Positions 26,519-35,903 of a DNA stretch of 50,936 nucleotides are shown here, piece by piece. Below the pieces are notes generated by a model. It saw nothing but the letters and a program-made list of their open reading frames with translations, was not told where the DNA came from and ran no database searches. Position 1 is the stretch's first letter. Each line of letters opens with the position of its first letter. The DNA comes from Patescibacteria group bacterium (GTDB lineage Bacteria; Patescibacteriota; Patescibacteriia; Patescibacteriales; JBAZCA01), in contig JBAZUF010000007.1 of assembly GCA_041661505.1 (NCBI GenBank), forward strand, positions 1 through 50,936. The letters run 5' to 3'. Position numbers and translations under genes: made by a program.

Positions 26519-28672
26519 TTAAAGCGAACTAAAGTCATTATTGGAAATCCCCAATCCCAGGCCGCGCATTACGCTAAAGGCGTCGGCCGGGCGGCCAAGA
26601 AAATATCTTTTGCCGTCTTTAGGATTAACATACCAGGCTTCGCCTTTTCCTTCAACCTGGAGAAGAATCTTCCCTTTTAGCGAGGAGGCCAGGGTAGCGT
26701 CCAATGAAATTTTCTCTTTGGTTTTTACGGGTGAATAGCCGGTCGAAAGCTCGCTTTTGTCTTCGAACCCGTCGCCGTCCGTATCTTTTTTATTTTTGTC
26801 AGTCCCGATCGCGTCTTCAAAAATATCCGGCAAACCGTCCGCGTCAGTATCAGCCCCGGACAAAGAATTTAACCCAACCGGAATTTTTTCGAGAAGCGAG
26901 GTTTTTATTCCTGTCCCTTGCGCCCGCATTACGTTAAAAGCGTCTTGGGGCCTTCCCAAATAATACATTTTTTCGCTCTTGGGATCAAGGTAATAGGCTT
27001 CGCCTCCGGCCTGGACTTTTAGGATGATTTTTCCCTTTAGGCTGGAGTATAATTTTTTATTTTTTATGGAAATTGCCGAACCGCCGGATGTTGAAGGACT
27101 GGCGCCGCTGGCAGTAGAACTGTTAGAACCGCTCGCGGCCGAAGAAGAGCCGGAGGAATTGGACGCAGTTCCGGACGCGGCGCCCGAAGCGCTAGGCGAT
27201 TCTTCCGTCGTCTGGCCAGGCGCGATAACCGGGTCTTTTAGCGGCGTGGTAAAAGCTGAATAGGCCGTTTCCTTAATTATATTATTTAAAGCCGATATGG
27301 CGCGGTAAGTATAGGTTTTTCCCGGCCTTAGGTCAGAAAGTTTGACGCTGTGTTTTACGGCGCTGGCGCTTTCCGCCGCCGCCGTCGGGGATACTGGAGG
27401 ATTTTCATCATATTCGACTACTCCCGAGGCCGAGCGCGTCGTCTCCCATTCAATCTGTACCGAAGTCGAGCTAATAAGCGTTACAACAGGCAAAGTCATT
27501 AAAAAACTTGACCTTTCCGCTTCGTTAAGATAGACGTTAGCGTAAGTCGATGTGGCGTTATTATATTCATTTAACTCCTTAAGCCGGCTCACTTTATCAA
27601 AAGAAAAGCTTAAAAGATTTCTTCCGGACTTTGAAAATTTTCCCGAATAGCTATAAGAAAACCGCTCGCCCGGCTCTAACGGATCGGCTAAGCTCGGGTA
27701 AGCGTCATGCTGTTTCGAACCCATATCAAATCCGTAGAAGCTGTAGGCAATATTGTCTTCATGCAAAGCAGTATTGTCGGTTATTCCGACGTTTCCGGTA
27801 TTTTTAACCCAATAGGTGATAACCGCCGGCGCATCGACCAGCGGGTCTTCCGGGCTTACATCAACCTCGTCAAGCGACAAATCCACCTGGTCGGCCGGTA
27901 CAATCGTTATGGTTTTTTCCTTTTTATTATTGTTTTTTTCATCAGCTTCATAAACTTCGTCATCCATGTCGACTGCAAAGGAAGCTTTTTTCTCTCCGGC
28001 GGAAGTGAATTTTCCTTTAAAAACATAATAGAAGCTGCCGTCCGGCAAAATATAATTTTCCAGCGTCGGCGCCGGAATGGAAGTGCTCTCGATTTCAAAA
28101 TCAGGAATGATCTTTTCGTACTGGGAAAGTCCAAGCGGGGTATATATATTCCTGGTGCCGTTATTCTTTATTTTTATTTTCACTTCGCAAGTCTGGCCGG
28201 CCGCGATTTTTTCCGGCACCGTTATAATATCTTCAACCATCAAATCATCGCCCTGGACAATTACGCTTTGCGACAATGTATTATTATTTTCGTCCGGCTC
28301 TTCCAAAATATTCGAGGTATCAATGGCAAATGACAGACTGCGCGACTTAATCGTCGTAAATTTCCCGGTAAAGGTATAGGTCTGCTCTTCATTCACCGCC
28401 AGGCTAACGGCCGGAAAAGTATAGCTTTTCGTGTCAACGGTAAAGTCGGGAAAAGTATAGCTAAAGGCCCGGAAAAACTGCTCCAAGGCCTCGCCCGGCC
28501 CAATATTCTTCGCCCTAACGGTAATTACCGCTGTTTGGTTGTATTCGGGGCTTGATGGGCTTACGGTTATTGATGTAACCGCGATGTCCCCTCCGGTTAC
28601 GGCACCAGCCCTAAAAACTCCTAAAGCTAAAATAAAAATTCCTAAAAGCGGGAAGATGAGATATTTCCGCAT
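26519..28672 (-). CDS. secreted multi-domain protein with 3-4 CARDB-like domains, an Fn3-like domain, a Ser/Gly/Ala linker, TSP3-like Ca-binding repeats and two copies of a ~53-aa module
   Basis: Signal peptide MRKYLIFPLLGIFILALGVFRAGA (start set at 28672). Repeated D(I/L)xVxxIxVxP...V..KN.G patterns each end in E.NNN. An Fn3-like stretch reads VQIEWETT...YTYR. Confidence 0.75.
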   Translation of the reverse strand: MRKYLIFPLLGIFILALGVFRAGAVTGGDIAVTSITVSPSSPEYNQTAVITVRAKNIGPGEALEQFFRAFSYTFPDFTVDTKSYTFPAVSLAVNEEQTYTFTGKFTTIKSRSLSFAIDTSNILEEPDENNNTLSQSVIVQGDDLMVEDIITVPEKIAAGQTCEVKIKIKNNGTRNIYTPLGLSQYEKIIPDFEIESTSIPAPTLENYILPDGSFYYVFKGKFTSAGEKKASFAVDMDDEVYEADEKNNNKKEKTITIVPADQVDLSLDEVDVSPEDPLVDAPAVITYWVKNTGNVGITDNTALHEDNIAYSFYGFDMGSKQHDAYPSLADPLEPGERFSYSYSGKFSKSGRNLLSFSFDKVSRLKELNEYNNATSTYANVYLNEAERSSFLMTLPVVTLISSTSVQIEWETTRSASGVVEYDENPPVSPTAAAESASAVKHSVKLSDLRPGKTYTYRAISALNNIIKETAYSAFTTPLKDPVIAPGQTTEESPSASGAASGTASNSSGSSSAASGSNSSTASGASPSTSGGSAISIKNKKLYSSLKGKIILKVQAGGEAYYLDPKSEKMYYLGRPQDAFNVMRAQGTGIKTSLLEKIPVGLNSLSGADTDADGLPDIFEDAIGTDKNKKDTDGDGFEDKSELSTGYSPVKTKEKISLDATLASSLKGKILLQVEGKGEAWYVNPKDGKRYFLGRPADAFSVMRGLGLGISNNDFSSL

Positions 28673-28736
28673 ATTGCATGGGGAGGAAACGGCTAAGCCA
28701 TTTTCCAAAGCGAATAAAGATAAACTATGTAAAAAA

Positions 28737-29336
28737 TTATTTAGTCCTGCCCAAATACTCGTCAATCCGGGCCTGCAGGAAATCAGGATTCAAAATCCGC
28801 TTCTTTCCCTGCTCATAAATGCCGATTATGTCGTCCTTGGATTTTTTCATCTGGTATTCGTAAAGTTCGGCCAGGTAGATGTAATAAGTCGCGTCGCCGG
28901 GCGAAACCGAAATAGCTTCCTTGTAATATTCTTCAGCCAAGGGATAATTTTCCAAATATTTGGCCATGTTCCCGGCGTTCACGATCAATACGGTATTTTT
29001 TCTTTGGCTTACTTCAATTCCCTTATCATAAACTTTCAAAGCCTCATTATAATATTCCTTGTAGTTTTCCAATTTTATGTCATGGGCTTTTTCGGCTAAA
29101 GTTTTCCAGGCCATGCCCAAAGAGTTGTAGTTTATAACATTTCCCGGATCTTTTTTCATCTTTTCCTGTTCGGTGATTACGTCATCAGCTAAGGCGCTTA
29201 ATTCCGGGTGGTCTTTTTTTAATCCGCCCAAAGCCATCTCTGATTCAGCCGGCTTAAATTTGTAAAAGTACGCGAAAGCTCCGGCCGCGATAATAACCAG
29301 CGCCAAACCAATTAATATAATAGTTTTTTTATTCAT
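28737..29336 (-). CDS. membrane-anchored TPR-repeat protein
   Basis: N-terminal TM (IILIGLALVIIAAGAFAYF) followed by TPR-like A..Y..A/Y.KAI repeats. Confidence 0.6.
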   Translation of the reverse strand: MNKKTIILIGLALVIIAAGAFAYFYKFKPAESEMALGGLKKDHPELSALADDVITEQEKMKKDPGNVINYNSLGMAWKTLAEKAHDIKLENYKEYYNEALKVYDKGIEVSQRKNTVLIVNAGNMAKYLENYPLAEEYYKEAISVSPGDATYYIYLAELYEYQMKKSKDDIIGIYEQGKKRILNPDFLQARIDEYLGRTK

Positions 29337-29410
29337 AAAGCGTGAAAAAAAAATTAAGATTTATAATAAAATTATAATCTTTTTGTTAATTTTAGTCAAA
29401 ATTACTTCCC

Positions 29411-29441
29411 GAAAAAAACAGGGGGCATTATCGCCCCCTGT
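29411..29441 (-). terminator. intrinsic terminator downstream of the protease gene
   Basis: On the minus strand: ACAGGGGGC-gataat-GCCCCCTGT followed by ttttttt. Confidence 0.75.
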
Positions 29442-29463
29442 TCCCGCTTATTAATATCCTGTT

Positions 29464-31608
29464 TTATTCACTTGCGGAGATTTTATCCAGATCAGCGTTG
29501 CTTATTCCTAATCCCAGGCTTCTCAATACTGAATAGGCCGCGTTCCCGTCTTTTAAGTAGTTTAAGTTGCCGTTAAAATCAACGTAATACGCCTGACCCT
29601 TGTCCTCAACCTGTAAAAATATTTTTCCGCTATATTTCTTGGCTAAAGTTTTTGATTTTTTCATTTTCTCCAGGTTGGCATTTGTTATTCCTTCTCCGAG
29701 GCTTCTCATAATTTTAAAGGCTTCTTCGCCGTTTTTCATGTAATATCTCTTCCCGTCTTTCGGGCAAACATACCAGGCCTCGCCCTTGGACTGGACCTGA
29801 AGAAGAATCTTTCCTTTTAGCTTGTTAGCGGCCGAAACTACCGCTTTGCCGGAAGCCGCTTTGCCCGATGTGCCGGATGATTTATCCGCTCCAGTTATCT
29901 TTCTGCCTAAAGTAAACTTGGACAAAACCGTCTTTCTAAAATTTTCCAACGTGGCTTCAAATTTTTTTTCATTCTCCCCGAAATAGTTAAACCCAATTAC
30001 TATGACTTTATCTTTATCAATAATCCTATATCCAGCGGCAAATGCCTTTACCTTATCATTATCCTTTTCATCTTTAAATCGGTATTTATAAAAAATTTCA
30101 CTGGTTAGCTCGTTGTTGATTTTGTAGCCAGTGGATTCGAAGTATCGGCTGCTTTTCAGGCCATTTCCTTCATCATCTTCTTTAACCACATCATTACTCT
30201 TAACAGCGTTAAAGTATTCTTTTTTTGACATCTTTTTCATATCATCGTTTAGCGTCTCCACATATACGTCAAAACCGACTTCCGGCTCTTTCGCTCTCTG
30301 CCCCAAGAGTATGTGTTTTGAAGAATTTAATTTCATTAAACTCCAATCGGATGGCAAATTGACTTTAAAGAAGGGAGCCTTGTTTTCATAACTTCTTTTC
30401 TCGCTAAAAACAATCCCTTTTTCCTTGATCGAAAGACTGCTAATCATCTTATCAATAACTTCTTTATTAGCATTATTATCGCCATAATAGTACATCGCCT
30501 GAATAACATAGTTTTTGGCGCCGAAGAGCAATACGCTCGTCTCGCTGTCGCTGTCCCCGCATATAAGCTTCCGGCCTTTCTTTTCTCCGGCTGTAAAATT
30601 CCCGGCGGAATAGCACTTGCCTCCGATTTCATTGGCTTTGACCGACACATCCAGCATAGGATCAAATAAGGTATCGGTTGGTTTCCAGTAAATTATTATA
30701 TAGCCGCTATCTTCATTATTGTTGCTAGCGACAAACAAAACATTCTCGCTCGCTAAGCCAAACTCCCAGCCGCTTTCCTTTGTTATTTCCACATTAGGAG
30801 GAAAGTTACTGAACGTGGTAACATTGCCTAATCCTGAATTTTTTATTACAAGATTGTCCAGTCTTTTTTGGAGAGGAGATACTTGAAGCGCGCTTCCTTT
30901 ATTCGCCTCTATCCAGTCGTTAATAGACGCTATGGATATGGCAAATCCTTGAGTGGCATCCACGTCCGAATATATTTTAGTGGTAATGCCAATTAAGTTG
31001 CTGTTTTCGTCAATTAAGGCGCCTCCGGAAGATCCAAAATATACCAAAGCGCCGGTTTTTATCCATTCAATCCCGTATTTTTCAGTTTTTCCGGTAATGG
31101 TACCGTAAGTAACGGTAATTGAATCGCCTCCGGAACCAGGAAAGCCCGCGGCTTCAACTAAATTGCCTTCGGCGAAGTTATCAAGATTATTTCTCTTTAA
31201 ATAATTAAACTTTGTTTGGCCTTTTATTCCCAAGTCCCTGATTTTCAATATCGCGATATCTTTACTTTTATCTTTGGCAATCAAATCGGCGGCAAAACTG
31301 CAATCAGGAATCCCCGAGTTGTCGTTCACAACACAAACCTTATACGCCGCCGGCAATTCATTTTTATTGTCATCCTCAACCGTAACGACGTGGTTATTTG
31401 TTATTATGGTTCCATCTTCATCAATAAAAACCCCGGAGCCGTAACTGCTAGTTGTTAGATAATAATTTTCATCTTCATGGTAGGCAAAAATTTTGACTAC
31501 CGCCCGGGAGTCCTCTGGGCCGCCGAATGCTTCCGCTTTGTCGGCGCAGATAAAAATAAAAAAGCTCGACAAAAGTAATAAACTGGCCGCGATTTTTGCT
31601 CTGTTCAT
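29464..31608 (-). CDS. secreted trypsin-like (S1/HtrA-type) serine protease with a large unknown middle region and two C-terminal copies of the ~53-aa module
   Basis: Signal peptide and catalytic triad context TNNHVV (His), DIAILKI (Asp), GSSGGALID (Ser). Confidence 0.8.
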   Translation of the reverse strand: MNRAKIAASLLLLSSFFIFICADKAEAFGGPEDSRAVVKIFAYHEDENYYLTTSSYGSGVFIDEDGTIITNNHVVTVEDDNKNELPAAYKVCVVNDNSGIPDCSFAADLIAKDKSKDIAILKIRDLGIKGQTKFNYLKRNNLDNFAEGNLVEAAGFPGSGGDSITVTYGTITGKTEKYGIEWIKTGALVYFGSSGGALIDENSNLIGITTKIYSDVDATQGFAISIASINDWIEANKGSALQVSPLQKRLDNLVIKNSGLGNVTTFSNFPPNVEITKESGWEFGLASENVLFVASNNNEDSGYIIIYWKPTDTLFDPMLDVSVKANEIGGKCYSAGNFTAGEKKGRKLICGDSDSETSVLLFGAKNYVIQAMYYYGDNNANKEVIDKMISSLSIKEKGIVFSEKRSYENKAPFFKVNLPSDWSLMKLNSSKHILLGQRAKEPEVGFDVYVETLNDDMKKMSKKEYFNAVKSNDVVKEDDEGNGLKSSRYFESTGYKINNELTSEIFYKYRFKDEKDNDKVKAFAAGYRIIDKDKVIVIGFNYFGENEKKFEATLENFRKTVLSKFTLGRKITGADKSSGTSGKAASGKAVVSAANKLKGKILLQVQSKGEAWYVCPKDGKRYYMKNGEEAFKIMRSLGEGITNANLEKMKKSKTLAKKYSGKIFLQVEDKGQAYYVDFNGNLNYLKDGNAAYSVLRSLGLGISNADLDKISASE

Positions 31609-31628
31609 AAATGCTTAAAAAAATTAAA

Positions 31629-33020
31629 TTATTTAACCTCTTTATCCATTAAATTATACCAGTCGATATTCCTCGATAAATACATAACAATAGCTAATAC
31701 CAGAAATAGCCCGGCATTGCCGATCAATAAAGAATAATCTTCGAGCTGGAGGATGGTATAGATGAAAGAATACATGATGAGGAGCAGGCCTCCCTGGACT
31801 AAGGCCAGTTTTATGCTTTTAAAAATGGTTTTGGAATACAAGGTTACCATTAGTATTGTTGAGGCGCTGGCGATTAGATAGGACTTGTCGAAATTCAAAT
31901 GTTCGGAAATTGAAAGAAGAAGCGAATAAAACAAAACCAAAGCCAAGCCGGTTAATAGATACTGGATGGGATGGATTTTTACCCTGTTAAATACTTCGAT
32001 AAAGAAAAAAATTAAAAAGGTGAGCGCGATAAGCATTATCGAATATTTAATCGAGCGGGTGTTTTTCTGGTATTCGTCAACCGGCACCAATAGCCTCACT
32101 CCGAAGGTTGAATTAGCTATGTTCCTCGCTTCAGTCCAGCTTTCAGGAAAGCTCCGGTTTAGCTGAAGCACCTTCCACTTAGCCTTAAAGCCTTTGCCGG
32201 TAATTTCCCTCTCGTCCGGCAAAAATGCCCCGTCAAAGCTCGGGGTTTTCCAGTCAGATGTTAATTCAACATTGGTTTCACTGCCCAGCGGCAAGAAAGT
32301 AAGATTATCGCTCCCGTTAATATTTATGCCGAATGAATAATTATATGTTTTATCTTTGGTCTTTATGTCAAGGGGAACTTTCGCGCTTACTCCCGATTTT
32401 AGCTCATTAACCGGAATAATTTTTTCCTCAAAAACATTCTCTTTAATTCGATTTGATTCTTCGCTTTCATCGATAGCCAGACCGCTGATAGTCCCGGTTT
32501 TCAATTGGTGCTCGCCGCCGTTCCATTTTATCTTTAAATCATTATTTACTCCTCTCATATCGGCCAGGCCGATGGCAATCTCCGCCCGATCCCATAAAAC
32601 ATTAGCGTCTGATATATTCAGATTCTTAAAATCCGGGGTATTGAACTTTCCTTCAAACTTAAGATCAGTGCCGTAAGCCACTACTTCGTAAATTCCCCGC
32701 CGCAGAACATGAGGAGAAACAGAGCCGGATATATTCAGGCTTTGGGGCAGAAAATACGCCGATTTAATTTCCTCCAGCGGCTTCTTGCCTTTTTCCTGCT
32801 CGGTGATTATTTTATATGGAACCATAAGAATCGGTCCGGCCAGAAGCTGGGGATCGCCCCACTTTGATCCGGCCTCTTTCATGGCCTCATTTCTCCGCGC
32901 TTCCCGCTCATTAATCATCTCCCTTATCATTGCCGTCGGAATCAGTAAAATTAAAACCAGTACGCCGATAATCACGATTCGCGCGATAATTGATCTTTTT
33001 ATTTTTTCCGCCATAGACAT
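31629..33020 (-). CDS. creD: cell envelope integrity protein CreD
   Basis: Collinear with E. coli CreD. N-terminal TM plus REMINEREARR, TSDWKTPSFDGAFLPDEREI..GF.A.W, YQKNTRSIKYSIMLIALTF, then 4-5 C-terminal TM helices with HPIQYLLTGLALVLFYSLLLSISEH. Confidence 0.88.
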   Translation of the reverse strand: MSMAEKIKRSIIARIVIIGVLVLILLIPTAMIREMINEREARRNEAMKEAGSKWGDPQLLAGPILMVPYKIITEQEKGKKPLEEIKSAYFLPQSLNISGSVSPHVLRRGIYEVVAYGTDLKFEGKFNTPDFKNLNISDANVLWDRAEIAIGLADMRGVNNDLKIKWNGGEHQLKTGTISGLAIDESEESNRIKENVFEEKIIPVNELKSGVSAKVPLDIKTKDKTYNYSFGININGSDNLTFLPLGSETNVELTSDWKTPSFDGAFLPDEREITGKGFKAKWKVLQLNRSFPESWTEARNIANSTFGVRLLVPVDEYQKNTRSIKYSIMLIALTFLIFFFIEVFNRVKIHPIQYLLTGLALVLFYSLLLSISEHLNFDKSYLIASASTILMVTLYSKTIFKSIKLALVQGGLLLIMYSFIYTILQLEDYSLLIGNAGLFLVLAIVMYLSRNIDWYNLMDKEVK

Positions 33021-33096
33021 ATTAAAAAGGCTATTTTCTCATCTCATCTATATTTATCCTATGCTTTCCGCCGAATTTAGTCAAATATTAAGCCAA

Positions 33097-33522
33097 TTAG
33101 GCGCATTCCGCCCTTTTTGAAAAATATTTTTCCGGGTCGATAAAATTACTGAACTTTCTAATATTCACTTTTCCCCTGCTTATATCCGTATGGAGGTGCG
33201 GGCAGGTTGTAGCTTTCCCGGTGTTTCCTGTATAGCCGATAATTTCGCCCGCTTTATATTTTCCCTTTCGGCTTAAGCGCTTCAGGTGCATAAACCGGAT
33301 AACAAGAGTCCCATATTCTTTATCGCGAAAAGAAGCCCAGGCTGTATTTCCGCCCTGCGCTCCGCAGCCGGAAAAAATAACCTCACAGTCCGCGGGCGCG
33401 AAAATTTCCGTCCCGGCCGGCACAACATGGTCGACGCCTAAATGGCGCGGGGAATAAAATGTCTTTTCTCCGAACCTGTATCCCCTTTTCGCTTTTTCCC
33501 AGTTCTTGAGAGGAAAAATCAT
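33097..33522 (-). CDS. M23 (LytM-type) metallopeptidase domain protein
   Basis: HLGVDH (HxxxD) and a C-terminal HLH metal ligand motif (CPHLHTDIS). Confidence 0.75.
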   Translation of the reverse strand: MIFPLKNWEKAKRGYRFGEKTFYSPRHLGVDHVVPAGTEIFAPADCEVIFSGCGAQGGNTAWASFRDKEYGTLVIRFMHLKRLSRKGKYKAGEIIGYTGNTGKATTCPHLHTDISRGKVNIRKFSNFIDPEKYFSKRAECA

Positions 33523-33553
33523 AACTCTGGCTGATTAATAATTACCATGCACT

Positions 33554-35749
33554 TTATTTAACCGTAACTCCATTATCCTTTAAGAATTTAATCGCTTCTT
33601 CCTGCAGAGCCGGGTTTATTTCGACGGCCTTTTGCATGTATTCCACTGCCTTTTCTTTATTGCCCATAGCCATATAGGTTGCTGAAAGCCGGGCGTAATT
33701 TGACGCGTCGCCCGGGTTGCCGGCGATCATTCTTTCATAAATCGGAACGATTTTTTCAAACATTTTTTCCCGGGCGTAAATATCGATTATATATGATAAA
33801 TTGCCTTTCGAAGTCTGGGCATAAGAAAGGCCTTTCTCCAGCTCGGCAATTCCCTCTTTAGTTTTATTGTTTTTCATCAAAGCCAGGCCGTAAAACCAAT
33901 GGGGCTCGGGGTAGTCCGGATTTTTTTCCGCCAACTTCCCTAAAACCTCCTCGGATTTTTTGTCATCGCCCCATAGAAAATATAATTTTCCCAAAAGAAG
34001 CGGGATCTGCTGGCGGTCTTCATTAATCTTTCCGGCATCAAGCAATACGGCTTCGGCTTTAGGATAATAATCGCGGTTAATGTATTCGCCCATGAAAGAA
34101 TATAACTGGCCGAGCCAGAATTTATAGATATAGGTATCCGGATATTTTTTTATCGCGTCTAAATAGGCTGTTTCCAGTTTCGGCGCGACTGCGTCAAAAG
34201 TCTCCTGGTCCAGCTTTCCCCCGCCGTCCATATTGGCTAAATCCATAGTGAGGTTAATCGCCTGCTCCCATCTAAACGGCACTGGCGCGCTAATCGCCAA
34301 GTCCGCATTTTTTTCCCATAGATATTTTGAATCAATAAAGCGCGCGTCGCGGGCCAGGCTCGTGTAATAAGAGGCTTTCAGCATTCGAACGCCCATGGTA
34401 AAAGAAACAATTAAAAAAACCAGGTATATGATAATGGCCGGATTAAGGTACCGGTCCCGAACCGGGACTTCTTCCCTGTTTTCCTTTAACGCCAGCCAGC
34501 CAACAAGCGGCAAAGCTAAAAACCATACCTGGAGCGAATTGGAAGTCTCAAAAGAAAAAAGCAATTGGACAACATACGCGCCGACCCCGCCGGCTAAAAA
34601 TATTGCGGCCAGGCTCGCATTAGAATTCTCCCCGCCTTTAATTTTTTTTATCAGCTGGAAAAATATAATCCCTATAAGGCTTAAGTAGGCGGCAAGGCCC
34701 AAAAGCCCCATAGCGCTCATAATTTCCAAAACGAAATTGTGCGGCTGGTCCCAGACGGTCTCGGAAAAAGAAAATTCCAAAAATTTCGGATTATAATATT
34801 TGTCAAAAATATACTGGTAGCTCTCGGGCCCGTTTCCGATAATCGGCGCGCCGCGAAAGCCTTTTAAGGCGATTTGCCAGGCCATAAGCCGGGTTTTCGC
34901 GGTCGTATCATTTAAGCTGATGCTATAGATAAAAGAAACCTGGGACGGCATAGCTTTTTTTACGCCGCTAAAAACAAATCCGCTTCCTAAAACGGCAGCT
35001 GCCAAAATAGCTGCCGCGGCCAGGCTTATTCTAATTTTCTTACTCTTTCCGAATATGAGATATAAAAAAAATGACAAGCCAAAGCCAAAAACCAGTCCGA
35101 CAAACGCGCCTCTTGTCCGGGTGCCCATGATGGTTATAAGGCTTAAAACCGCGGCCGTGGCTCCAAGATATTTCCAGGCGTTCTCGCTAAAATAAAAGTA
35201 ATAAAAAATTCCCAAAAACATGGGAAGCATCAAGTAGTTGGCAAAAAATATCGGGTTGCCGATAAGGCCGGCCAGCCTAGGTCCGGCTTCAATATATTGG
35301 GCGATAAAAGGAATGTGCGGCCCGGCCCAGGCAGTAATTGAAGATAAAATACTTATGCCGAGAACCGCGCCGAGGATTTTTTTCCAGTCTTCGCGGACAG
35401 CGAAAAACTGCCGGATTAAAAAATAAAATACTATAAAATGGATCCAGGTGAATACTCCTTGTACCCGGGACTGGTCGCCCCAAAAACTCCGGTTAAAATT
35501 GTTGCCAAAAATTGCGCTAACCAGCATTGAGCCGAAGAATGCCAGTACCACCCAATCCAGAGCTTTGAATCTAAATAAAGTTTTTTTCTTAAGAGCTATC
35601 CAGCCTAATCCGATTAACCCCAAGACGGCGATTAACATCTGAAAAAATATGGTTTTCCCGAAATGGGCCGGATACATTGTCCAGGATGTGAAAACTAAAG
35701 GCAGTAAAAACGATAAACCTACGCCGATTTTAATGATTTTTTCTGTCAT
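33554..35749 (-). CDS. Wzy_C (O-antigen ligase-like) membrane protein fused to C-terminal TPR repeats; paralogue of 24179-26449
   Basis: Shares the SFWGD..R..G...W.H...FY, GTRTRGAFVG, GNGPESY and PHNFVLEI patterns with the other copy, followed by TPR repeats. Confidence 0.8.
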   Translation of the reverse strand: MTEKIIKIGVGLSFLLPLVFTSWTMYPAHFGKTIFFQMLIAVLGLIGLGWIALKKKTLFRFKALDWVVLAFFGSMLVSAIFGNNFNRSFWGDQSRVQGVFTWIHFIVFYFLIRQFFAVREDWKKILGAVLGISILSSITAWAGPHIPFIAQYIEAGPRLAGLIGNPIFFANYLMLPMFLGIFYYFYFSENAWKYLGATAAVLSLITIMGTRTRGAFVGLVFGFGLSFFLYLIFGKSKKIRISLAAAAILAAAVLGSGFVFSGVKKAMPSQVSFIYSISLNDTTAKTRLMAWQIALKGFRGAPIIGNGPESYQYIFDKYYNPKFLEFSFSETVWDQPHNFVLEIMSAMGLLGLAAYLSLIGIIFFQLIKKIKGGENSNASLAAIFLAGGVGAYVVQLLFSFETSNSLQVWFLALPLVGWLALKENREEVPVRDRYLNPAIIIYLVFLIVSFTMGVRMLKASYYTSLARDARFIDSKYLWEKNADLAISAPVPFRWEQAINLTMDLANMDGGGKLDQETFDAVAPKLETAYLDAIKKYPDTYIYKFWLGQLYSFMGEYINRDYYPKAEAVLLDAGKINEDRQQIPLLLGKLYFLWGDDKKSEEVLGKLAEKNPDYPEPHWFYGLALMKNNKTKEGIAELEKGLSYAQTSKGNLSYIIDIYAREKMFEKIVPIYERMIAGNPGDASNYARLSATYMAMGNKEKAVEYMQKAVEINPALQEEAIKFLKDNGVTVK

Positions 35750-35796
35750 GGCAATTATTTTTTATATTCGCAATTTATTTAATCTTACCATATTTT

Positions 35797-35840
35797 TTCC
35801 AAAAAACAATCCCGCCCCGTCCCGCAAATGCGGGACGGGG
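35797..35840 (-). terminator. strong intrinsic terminator downstream of the large surface-protein gene
   Basis: CCCCGTCCCGC-aaat-GCGGGACGGGG (11-bp stem). On the minus strand it is followed by cgggattgtttttt. Confidence 0.8.
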
Positions 35841-35903
35841 CGGAGATCTATGTCAAGCAATACTAACCGTATTTACTTGATTCAATACCTTTAACTAAAT
35901 AGA

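Noticed and set aside
28673-28765. The ORF track gives N-terminally extended starts for several genes: 26519-28765, 13243-14472, 8010-9437, 45115-45759, 2156-2797, 18192-18524 and 42064-42435.
   Set aside because: Internal ATGs give canonical N-termini: a signal peptide MRKYL..., the GT4 MKIAQI..., the HPF MQIQI... and the LexA MGTQITKRQ.... They also remove overlaps with neighbouring genes or promoters. The remaining uncertainty is noted in the feature entries.
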